Below are positions 40,762 through 48,721 of a DNA stretch of 64,000 nt, one piece after another; the first letter of the stretch is position 1; every line of letters begins with the position of its first letter. Both the position numbers and the translations under genes were made by a program. This DNA is from a virus, in the IMG/VR virus record IMGVR_UViG_3300003937_000343, positions 6,693 to 70,692 of that record. The stretch is one strand, 5' to 3'. The notes below the pieces were generated by a model. That model saw only the letters and a program-made list of their open reading frames with translations, was not told the DNA's origin and searched no databases.

Positions 40762-41321
40762 AGAGAACAAGACCACTAAGTAGTAAACGAGACCAAATAG
40801 CAGCAATAGCTGCATTAGAGTTGGATAATTACTTCACTACTAAAAAAGATGAAGTTTACTTAAATTTTAAACAAGAAGTATTAAACAATCCTATTAAATG
40901 GTGTATATCAGAAGATAAACGAGATTGTGGAAAATCATATGAAGAGATTTCACCTGAAGTACATGAAGTAATGATTGCAGTTTTTCGTCAAGATGCACCT
41001 TTAGATGTAAAGTATTTGATAGATTTTTTAGATATGGATGCATTTGTACATGAAAAAACTTATATAAATCAATCAGCAACACATGGTATGGGATTGTTTG
41101 CTAAAGAAGATATACCTGCAAAAACAACAATGCATAGTATAACGATACAATGGGGGTTGTGGAATCATGCAGCTAAACCAAATGATAATTGTATTGCAAT
41201 AAAGAGTAAAGGAGTTAATGAGGAGAGAGTTTGGAGTTTGTTAACAATACGAGATATTGAAAAAGATGAAGAATTGTTGATTGATTTTGAACATTCTGGC
41301 CCAAACTTTCCCTTTTGGTAA
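40755..41321 (+). CDS. SET-domain protein
   Basis: SATHGMGLFAKEDIP, NHAAKPN, RDIEKDEELLIDF. Confidence 0.75.
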   Translation: MVKRTRPLSSKRDQIAAIAALELDNYFTTKKDEVYLNFKQEVLNNPIKWCISEDKRDCGKSYEEISPEVHEVMIAVFRQDAPLDVKYLIDFLDMDAFVHEKTYINQSATHGMGLFAKEDIPAKTTMHSITIQWGLWNHAAKPNDNCIAIKSKGVNEERVWSLLTIRDIEKDEELLIDFEHSGPNFPFW

Positions 41322-41341
41322 ACAAGTAAATTTAGTTTCTT

Positions 41342-41350
41342 TATATTTAT
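41342..41350 (+). promoter_or_regulatory. Putative late promoter TATATTTAT
   Basis: Recurrent motif upstream of ATG 41377. Confidence 0.5.
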
Positions 41351-41376
41351 AAGTGTAAAACTACATAGGAAATTCA

Positions 41377-42144
41377 ATGATTAAATTACAAAATATTATT
41401 GAGGGTGTACAAGATAAAGGTATTTTTAAAGCCGTATTTCTTGCAGGGGGCCCTGGAAGTGGAAAAACAAGGTCAGCAAGATGGATATTTGGTATTCCAG
41501 ACAAGTTCAATATCAGTATGAGTGGTATGAAAATGGTGAATTCCGATAAAGACTTGAAACATTTATTAAAGAAATTCGGATTCGGTACTGATTTGGATAA
41601 AATGCCAGATGAATTATTTTCACATTTGACTGGACAATCAAAGGATATGGTTAGTAAACCACAAGATGTAGATAGTGGACTGCGAAAGTATGCTAAAGAA
41701 CTTACTGCCCAAAGAATGAAATTGTATAAACAGGGTAAAATAGGAATGATTATTGATGGTACAGGACACGACTTTCAAAAATTACATTCAATGAAAAGCG
41801 AATTAGAATCAGAAGGATATGATACCTATATGGTATTGGTAAATACTTCGTTAGAGGTAGCACAGAAAAGAAACCAATTAAGAGATAGAATTTTACCACC
41901 ACAATTATTAGAGAAGAGTTGGAAAGATGTTCAAAAGAATATAGGAGCTTTTCAGAATTTATTTAAACAAAATTTCGTGATAGTTGATAATTCAAAACAT
42001 CTATCCGATAAAGAAGCGGAGGCTAAATTTGTACCATTGGTTACTAAGGTTGTTAGAAAATTTGCTAACATACCTATCAAAAACCCACTCGGAAGAAAGT
42101 GGATTGAAAAACAAGTCATACTTAGAGCAAAAGGGAGAAAATAA
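41377..42144 (+). CDS. P-loop kinase (zeta toxin/AAA_33/PNK-like) with MIKL leader
   Basis: LAGGPGSGKT Walker A, VNSD, IIDGTG, RNQLRDR lid, IVDNS. Confidence 0.75.
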   Translation: MIKLQNIIEGVQDKGIFKAVFLAGGPGSGKTRSARWIFGIPDKFNISMSGMKMVNSDKDLKHLLKKFGFGTDLDKMPDELFSHLTGQSKDMVSKPQDVDSGLRKYAKELTAQRMKLYKQGKIGMIIDGTGHDFQKLHSMKSELESEGYDTYMVLVNTSLEVAQKRNQLRDRILPPQLLEKSWKDVQKNIGAFQNLFKQNFVIVDNSKHLSDKEAEAKFVPLVTKVVRKFANIPIKNPLGRKWIEKQVILRAKGRK

Positions 42145-42145
42145 A

Positions 42146-42628
42146 ATGTTAACTACCTTTGATGAAATAATCGAAGTAACTTTAGAACACGAAGGTGGAT
42201 ATGTTCATGACCCGAAAGACTTGGGTGGTGAAACTAATTTCGGCATTACGGGTAGATTCTATCCTGATGTGGATATAAAAAATCTTACAAAAGAAGGTGC
42301 TAAAGAAATTTATAAAAAAGATTATTGGGATAAGAATAAGGTAGATGATTTATCTGATGATTTAAAACATATCTATTTTGATATGTGTGTAAATCAAGGT
42401 AGAGGAACTGCCGTAAAGATTTTACAACGAGCTTGTAATGCAAAAGGTGCAGACTTGGCAATTGATGGTGGGTTTGGTCCAGGTACAAAAGGAGCAATCA
42501 GTACATACAAACCATCAGTAGAAAGAGTTCGTTGTTATAGATTAAAACATTACTATGATTTAGTTAATAAAAAACCAGAACAAGAAAGATTTTTGTTTGG
42601 GTGGTTTAAGAGAGCATTGTCAGTCTAA
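42146..42628 (+). CDS. GH108 lysozyme with peptidoglycan-binding C-terminus
   Basis: HEGGYVHDPKDLGGETNFGI, FDMCVNQG, LQRA...IDGGFGPGT, FLFGWFKR. Confidence 0.85.
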   Translation: MLTTFDEIIEVTLEHEGGYVHDPKDLGGETNFGITGRFYPDVDIKNLTKEGAKEIYKKDYWDKNKVDDLSDDLKHIYFDMCVNQGRGTAVKILQRACNAKGADLAIDGGFGPGTKGAISTYKPSVERVRCYRLKHYYDLVNKKPEQERFLFGWFKRALSV

Positions 42629-42939
42629 TGGCTGGAGATTGTTACGCGGCAAATGGTAGGTGGATGATTGGTAAGGATGATTCCTATCGATTAGTTCATG
42701 GTGTTGCAATTTTAGCATCCGATGGGAAACCATTTGGACATTGTTGGATTGAAAAGGGTGGTACGGTATTGGATTTCAGTAATGGAAAAGATATTAAAAT
42801 TTCTAAAAAGAAATATTATGATTTAGGTGAGATACCAGTTAAACCATATAAACTTTATAAATACAAATATTTAGAGGCTGCAAAATTAATGGTAAAATTA
42901 GGACATTGGGGGCCGTGGGAATTAAAACCACCGAGATAA
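42628..42939 (+). CDS. Small protein with transglutaminase/papain-like Cys-His-Asp pattern
   Basis: GDCY, LVHG, GHCWIE, VLDFS. Confidence 0.45.
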   Translation: MAGDCYAANGRWMIGKDDSYRLVHGVAILASDGKPFGHCWIEKGGTVLDFSNGKDIKISKKKYYDLGEIPVKPYKLYKYKYLEAAKLMVKLGHWGPWELKPPR

Positions 42940-42942
42940 ATT

Positions 42943-43329
42943 ATGATTAAGTTAAAGAATATATTTAAAAATAGAAATCATTTTATGAATGAAATTTCAT
43001 CTCGAGCTATGGCAAGTAATGATGAGGGAGAAAAGGATACAGGATTTCTACCAAAAAAAGGAATGAAGAGAGAATTGGGTGTGAATCAAAATAAACCTGA
43101 GCCTTGGTATGAAAAGGGTGGATATAAACAAATGGACTTTCCAGAATCAACTCAAATTTATGATAAGAAAGATAAGAAGACACCTATCGTACAGGTAATA
43201 AAAAAGATTACAAATACTGGTGATAAGTACGAGGGATTCCAATCAGATGCTGGGAGTTGGGATAAGTATGGAGATAAAGATTTTTCAACAGATTTTGATT
43301 TTGAAGATTTATTGAGGATGTATAAATGA
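42943..43329 (+). CDS. Hypothetical protein with MIKL leader
   Basis: Begins MIKLKNIFKNRNHFMNE. Confidence 0.65.
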   Translation: MIKLKNIFKNRNHFMNEISSRAMASNDEGEKDTGFLPKKGMKRELGVNQNKPEPWYEKGGYKQMDFPESTQIYDKKDKKTPIVQVIKKITNTGDKYEGFQSDAGSWDKYGDKDFSTDFDFEDLLRMYK

Positions 43330-43478
43330 AAACATTTCACATAGATGAACCGAGAGAAATCGGAAAGAAAAGATTAAAAATATCTTCAAGGGATAAGATG
43401 GAACTTAAAGATGATTTAACTGAAAGACTTGTAGTAAAGAAAATTAGAGAAATAATTAAACAAGAGTTAAAAAAATGA
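43326..43478 (+). CDS. 50-aa protein (not in the ORF track)
   Basis: MKTFHIDEPREIG...IREIIKQELKK*, with ATGA overlaps at both ends. Confidence 0.55.
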   Translation: MKTFHIDEPREIGKKRLKISSRDKMELKDDLTERLVVKKIREIIKQELKK

Positions 43479-45124
43479 CCCAATTAACAGAATGGTTAAC
43501 CAAACCACTATTAGAAGGTATAGACTTACCAATTGAAATAGGTGATACCGTTAAAATGGGTAGATTTAAGAATAAAAAAGTTGTTGTTAAATCTATTGAT
43601 TGGAATGAAAAGGGTGATTTACTTATCAATGGGAGACCTGCGTTAAAATTTAGAGTTGTTCAAAAACAACAAGAGAATATAAGTGAAAATAAAATAGTAC
43701 TTAGAGTTCCAGGTGATATTAAAGGGTTGTATAGATTATTTAAGAAAAATAAAAAACAATTATATATCGTGGGTGGTGCAGTTCGTGATGCAATACTTGG
43801 TACGAGTCCAAAAGATTTTGATTTAGCAACTGATGCTAAACCAGATGAAGTATTGAAGATAGCAAAACAAGGTGGATTCAAAACATATGAGGTTGGTAAA
43901 TCGTTTGGTGTAGTGGTAGTGGGTGGACATGAGATTGCAACCTTTAGAAAGGACATAGGTGGTGGTAGGAGACCCTCAGCCGTAGACTTTTCAGATATAC
44001 AGGGTGATGTTAACCGTAGAGACTTAACAATTAATTCTTTATTTTATGATATAGAAAGAAATGAAGTAGTAGATTTAACTGGCGGATTAAAAGATTTAAA
44101 GGCAAAAATTGTAAAAACTGTTGGGAATCCAAAAAGAAGATTTGATGAAGACCCATTGAGAAAATTAAGAGCATTAAGATTTCAAGCAGTTATTGGTGGT
44201 AAGATGGATAAAGAAACAGAAATTGCTCTAATGAAGAATCCAAATTTAAAGGGTGTTAGTTATGAAAGAATTAGAGAAGAATTTGTAAAGGCTATCCAAA
44301 AAGGAAAATCATCAAAACAATTTATGGAATCGTGTGATAAGTTTGGATTTACAAAACAAATTTTTCCACGATTAAATATAACAAAACCTTATCCAAATGT
44401 CAAGGATCATATTTTATTTTTATCATTAATTTTAAGAAAGAATGATGTAACTAAGTTAGGTAAACTTTTAAATTCATTAAAGTATAGTGCTAAAGAAAGT
44501 AATAACATTCAGTTCTTAGTTTATCTGAATAACTTTAAACCAGAAAATATTTATATGGTTAAAAAAGCACAAGAGAAAACTTCCTTATCAGCGAAACAAA
44601 TTATAGAGTATGGTAAGATGATTGGAAAAGATTTGAAGAAGTTGGCTAGTTTTAAGTTATCCGTAAAGGGTGGTGGACAAGAATTTGTTGGATTGAAAGG
44701 TAAACAAATTGGTGATAGGATTAGAGATTTAGAAAAGAAAAAGTTTTTAGGTGAGATAGCAGTACCATCACCAAGTAGGGCAGGTATAAATAAAAACAAA
44801 ACTGATAGAATGAGTGGTTATAAAAAAGTAGAAGAAATTTTAACAGAAGTGGATATTACACCACATCACATACAAATGTTAAGAACAATGTATGCATCTG
44901 TTAAAATGATAAATCCATCAGGAAGTGCATATAAAAATTTAATTTCTTATTTAGACAATATGACAAGAAGAAATTTACAAAAAATATCAAGAGCTAAAAT
45001 AAAATGGTTATCACCATTAGCAAAAAATAGGTTAAAATTTGCAGAAAATCTTGAAAAAACGCTTGACTTATATAGTAAAAATGTTGTATATTCCAGTATG
45101 GAACTAAAAATAAGATTGTTTTAG
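43475..45124 (+). CDS. Multidomain protein containing a class II tRNA nucleotidyltransferase (CCA-adding/poly(A) polymerase family) domain
   Basis: YIVGGAVRD, DFDLAT, EIATFR, DVNRRDLTINSL, FDEDPLRKLRALRF, SYERIREEF. Confidence 0.85.
   Translation: MTQLTEWLTKPLLEGIDLPIEIGDTVKMGRFKNKKVVVKSIDWNEKGDLLINGRPALKFRVVQKQQENISENKIVLRVPGDIKGLYRLFKKNKKQLYIVGGAVRDAILGTSPKDFDLATDAKPDEVLKIAKQGGFKTYEVGKSFGVVVVGGHEIATFRKDIGGGRRPSAVDFSDIQGDVNRRDLTINSLFYDIERNEVVDLTGGLKDLKAKIVKTVGNPKRRFDEDPLRKLRALRFQAVIGGKMDKETEIALMKNPNLKGVSYERIREEFVKAIQKGKSSKQFMESCDKFGFTKQIFPRLNITKPYPNVKDHILFLSLILRKNDVTKLGKLLNSLKYSAKESNNIQFLVYLNNFKPENIYMVKKAQEKTSLSAKQIIEYGKMIGKDLKKLASFKLSVKGGGQEFVGLKGKQIGDRIRDLEKKKFLGEIAVPSPSRAGINKNKTDRMSGYKKVEEILTEVDITPHHIQMLRTMYASVKMINPSGSAYKNLISYLDNMTRRNLQKISRAKIKWLSPLAKNRLKFAENLEKTLDLYSKNVVYSSMELKIRLF
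45063..45092 (+). promoter_or_regulatory. Sigma70-like promoter inside the coding sequence
   Basis: TTGACT-N18-TATATT, then ATG at 45098. Confidence 0.4.
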
Positions 45125-47241
45125 AGAGAATACCATTAGTTGCAAAAAACATACTTAAAAAGTATGACCCTGAAACTACTGCTGTTGTTTATATTTTTGG
45201 TAAAAAAGATGCAGGTAGATTAAAAGGTGGAAAGAAAACAGATGGTGGTTTAACTTATTTCCAAGATTTTAAAAAGAATAAACGAAATCTAAAAGGGCAT
45301 GAGGAACATGGTTATTATTTAGTTGCACCGCATGTTAGTATGAGTGTTGGTGGGAAAGAGGTTTCAGGTACTTCAATGAGAAATGTTTTAGGTAGTCCTA
45401 AACTCGATGATAAGATAAGACCAAAAGTATTTAAAAAGTTATTTGGATACTTCAATCAAGGTACTTATAATATGATGACAAATAAATTCTCTAAGTTGTT
45501 TGAATTTTATAATAAACCATCAGTAAAAGATATAATAAAAGAAGTAAGTGCACTTGGAGCACATTTTGATGCGGGTATATTAGATGATGAGGGATTGTAT
45601 GATTTCTTTAATTCATTTGATGATTATAAAAGAGTATCACCAAAACATGCAGAAATTTTAGGATGGGAAGTAATTGGTGATATTGTAGATTATAAAAGAG
45701 CAACCGACCCAGCTTATGATTTTCAATATGTACAAGATAGAGTGGGTACTGTAACATTTGGAAAAACAATAAACCAAAATACAAGAAATACTGATAGTGT
45801 GAGTAATCCATTTCCAAAGTATAAAAAACACATGCAACAAATGGCAGATAAAATGGGTTGGGAAATAATTAAATTCTTTGGTAATAATAAACACAATAAG
45901 ATGAAAGATTCACATACCTTTGATATGAAAGATGTCAAAAAAGGTGTGGAAAAAATTAAAAAATTACAAGACCAAATAGATATAACAAACGATACAAAGG
46001 AGTTACTACTTATGGGCGGAGCCTATGGACACATGAGTCATCCATTCGATGATAATAATCTTACATTTTCAGACTTGAAACAGATAGTTATTAATGGGTT
46101 AGGTGGAACACTTGATAGAGAAGATGGAGTTACAGAGAAACTTGATGGACAAAACTTAATGGTAAGTTGGGTTGATGGTAAGTTAAGAGCAGCTCGTAAT
46201 AAAGGGCATTTAAAAAACTTCGGTAAAACTGCACCAACCACGAGTGGAATAAAATCTATGTTTAGTGGTAGAGGTGAGATTGAAAAGGCTTTTGTGGGGG
46301 CAATGAAAAATTTAGAAAAAGCCATTGGAAGTTTAAATGATAAACAAAAAGATAAAGTTTTTGGAAATGGTAGTAAATGGATGAATTTAGAGGTTATGTA
46401 TCCTAAAACTGCAAATGTAGTTGATTATGATATTGCAGAAATAGTATTTCATGGTACATTAGAATATGATGAAAGTGGAAAACCCATTGGACAACCAAAA
46501 GATAGTGCTAGAATGTTACAAGGTATGATTAAACAAATGAATCAACATATACAATCAATGTTTAGAATAGGAAAACCAAATTTTCTTACTGTACCCAAAC
46601 ATCAAGATTTTGGTAGAATGAAAAATAAATTTTTAGGACAATTGAAGAAATTACAATCACAATATGCATTGAAAGATAACAGTAGGTTGGGTGAATATCA
46701 CGAAGCATGGTGGAGAGAATATGTATTCAATGCATCTAAACAATTTAAGGTTAGTTTGAAACCAAATCAATTTGTTAGTTTGGTTAATAGGTGGGCATTC
46801 TTTGATAAGTCATATAAGATAAGAGATATTAAAAAAGATTATAAAGATAATCCTAAATTTTTAGATTGGATATTAAGTACGGATAAGATGGATCACCAAA
46901 ATATTTTTAAACAAAATATAAAACCATTTGAAATATTATTCTTTGGTGTTGGTGCGGAAATATTAAAAAATATTAGTGGGTGGATGGCAGCTTCACCAAG
47001 CGCTACCACACAAAAATTGAGAAAAGATGTTATCAAAGCATTCAAGGATTTACAGAGTGGTGGTAATGTAAATAAATTAAAGAAATTAAAAATACAAATT
47101 GAGAAACTACAGGCAATCGGTGGATTAGATGCGATAGTTCCAAGTGAAGGTATTGTTTTCAAGTATAAAGGAAAGATATATAAGTTCACAGGAGCATTTG
47201 CACCAATCAATCAGATACTCGGTAGTTTGAAATTTGGATAG
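45079..47241 (+). CDS. Partial cytidyltransferase-like region fused to a ligase-like (KxDG) nucleotidyltransferase domain; 5' part disrupted
   Basis: The frame is open from 45079 (KNKIVLERIP...VYIFGKKDAGRL...VSGTSMR), upstream of ATG 45340. The C-terminal domain has TEKLDG, NLEVM, IVFHG, EGIVF, YKF. Confidence 0.6.
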   Translation, partial: KCCIFQYGTKNKIVLERIPLVAKNILKKYDPETTAVVYIFGKKDAGRLKGGKKTDGGLTYFQDFKKNKRNLKGHEEHGYYLVAPHVSMSVGGKEVSGTSMRNVLGSPKLDDKIRPKVFKKLFGYFNQGTYNMMTNKFSKLFEFYNKPSVKDIIKEVSALGAHFDAGILDDEGLYDFFNSFDDYKRVSPKHAEILGWEVIGDIVDYKRATDPAYDFQYVQDRVGTVTFGKTINQNTRNTDSVSNPFPKYKKHMQQMADKMGWEIIKFFGNNKHNKMKDSHTFDMKDVKKGVEKIKKLQDQIDITNDTKELLLMGGAYGHMSHPFDDNNLTFSDLKQIVINGLGGTLDREDGVTEKLDGQNLMVSWVDGKLRAARNKGHLKNFGKTAPTTSGIKSMFSGRGEIEKAFVGAMKNLEKAIGSLNDKQKDKVFGNGSKWMNLEVMYPKTANVVDYDIAEIVFHGTLEYDESGKPIGQPKDSARMLQGMIKQMNQHIQSMFRIGKPNFLTVPKHQDFGRMKNKFLGQLKKLQSQYALKDNSRLGEYHEAWWREYVFNASKQFKVSLKPNQFVSLVNRWAFFDKSYKIRDIKKDYKDNPKFLDWILSTDKMDHQNIFKQNIKPFEILFFGVGAEILKNISGWMAASPSATTQKLRKDVIKAFKDLQSGGNVNKLKKLKIQIEKLQAIGGLDAIVPSEGIVFKYKGKIYKFTGAFAPINQILGSLKFG

Positions 47242-47249
47242 GAGTTACG

Positions 47250-47813
47250 ATGGCAGGATATAGTAAAGAGGCAGTAAGACAGAATGAAGTATTAAAAGAT
47301 TTATTATCAGGTAAGGAACATAAAAAATCTTATGTACAAGTAGGTTACGAGGGCAAGGTAGAAGATAAAGGTGGAGAAACTCGTCAAGGAAAATTAACAG
47401 ACATCATGAAAGATGTTAGAATGCCTTGGTTTTGTCCATCATGTAAAAAGGCAATGAAGAAAAAACTTGATAACAAGTTTTGGGCAATTGCAGGACATTG
47501 TTTTGATTGTCATGTCGAGATGGAAAACAAACTTCGTATGAAGGGGGATTATGAACAATATGCTAAGAAGAAAATTAATGAGAATAAAAAAGCTTATTTA
47601 ACAGATTTAAAACAGAGTATTGATGAGTTTGAAAAAACAGGTGGTAAAGCAGAGTTTTTCAATAGTGTTGGTGTAGTTGATATCGAACTTGAAAAAGAAA
47701 AATGGGAAATGGGAGAAGACCAATTCAATACAGTTATTGAAGAGGCCCGAGCATATATAAATAAATTAGAAAAGGCTATAGATGAAGAAACAACGGAACT
47801 TGATCCTGCCTGA
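47250..47813 (+). CDS. Hypothetical protein with zinc ribbon
   Basis: CPSC...HCFDC; SD GGAG. Confidence 0.65.
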   Translation: MAGYSKEAVRQNEVLKDLLSGKEHKKSYVQVGYEGKVEDKGGETRQGKLTDIMKDVRMPWFCPSCKKAMKKKLDNKFWAIAGHCFDCHVEMENKLRMKGDYEQYAKKKINENKKAYLTDLKQSIDEFEKTGGKAEFFNSVGVVDIELEKEKWEMGEDQFNTVIEEARAYINKLEKAIDEETTELDPA

Positions 47814-48051
47814 GGATTTAATTATTGAGATAATGGGAATGGTTTCCCAGTTAGGTAATGTTGCTGCAGAGTATCATATGAAAATTAATAATAATGAGAC
47901 TGAAGAAGTAACGAGAGTATATAGAAAGATTTTAAAAAAGTTGATGGATTTAACAGAACACGATAAAACTGGATATTTATCATTAGAAGAAATTTGTAAT
48001 GAATATGGCATAATACTACCAAGTAAAGGAGAACACAATGGGAATCATTAA
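47782..48051 (+). CDS. Hypothetical protein
   Basis: ORF overlapping both neighbours. Confidence 0.55.
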   Translation: MKKQRNLILPEDLIIEIMGMVSQLGNVAAEYHMKINNNETEEVTRVYRKILKKLMDLTEHDKTGYLSLEEICNEYGIILPSKGEHNGNH

Positions 48052-48319
48052 TTGGATTCTTGAATTTCTTTTTGGCGGAAAGAAAAAAGAAGAAGTCAAA
48101 AAGTTAGACAAGGCAATAAAGGTAAAAGAGACTGAAAATAAAGAACTTGAAAAACAAGTTACAGTACTTGAATCTAAGAAAAAAGTTAACAAAAAAGAAG
48201 TGGCAACACTTAAACGGAAGGTAACTACTACAAAGAAACATATTGTTGAAGCTAAGAAAGCTGTTGAATTTGATGACAGCGACGAAGCTTTAAAATATTT
48301 GAAGAAATTTTCCAAGTAG
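48038..48319 (+). CDS. Coiled-coil protein with hydrophobic N-terminus
   Basis: MGIINWILEFLFGG followed by a Lys/Glu-rich helix; SD AAGGAG. Confidence 0.6.
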   Translation: MGIINWILEFLFGGKKKEEVKKLDKAIKVKETENKELEKQVTVLESKKKVNKKEVATLKRKVTTTKKHIVEAKKAVEFDDSDEALKYLKKFSK

Positions 48320-48334
48320 TATATATTTATATAT

Positions 48335-48721
48335 ATGAGATATATTATATACATATTACTATTAGTTGGGTTTCTTTATGGACAATCTGAAGAAAAAACT
48401 ATATCTGTACCTAAATCGGATGTAATTGAGTGGGCAAACAAACTCAAACAATACGAAACATCGGATAGTTTACAAACAAGTTTAATTTCAGATTTAGAAC
48501 TTCAAGTTAAAAAGTTAGAAGAAAATTCTACTTTAGATTCTTTGATAATTTCAACGAGAGTACATCAAATTGATTTATTAAAAGAAACTACTGAACTTTA
48601 TAAAGAGAAAGTAAAAGTTGTCAAACCTAAATGGCATGAGAACAAATGGTTATGGTTTACTTATGGAGTAGTGGCCACTTCAACATCAGTCTGGTTAACA
48701 GGTCAGCTAGTAGGCGAATAA
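48335..48721 (+). CDS. Secreted/membrane coiled-coil protein
   Basis: Signal-like MRYIIYILLLVGFLYG; C-terminal hydrophobic WLWFTYGVVATSTSVWL; TATATTTAT at 48322-48330. Confidence 0.6.
   Translation: MRYIIYILLLVGFLYGQSEEKTISVPKSDVIEWANKLKQYETSDSLQTSLISDLELQVKKLEENSTLDSLIISTRVHQIDLLKETTELYKEKVKVVKPKWHENKWLWFTYGVVATSTSVWLTGQLVGE

Noticed and set aside
41377-42144. Zeta/epsilon toxin-antitoxin pair
   Set aside because: No antitoxin-like gene is adjacent, and the leader and context point to a phage late protein. The substrate remains unknown.
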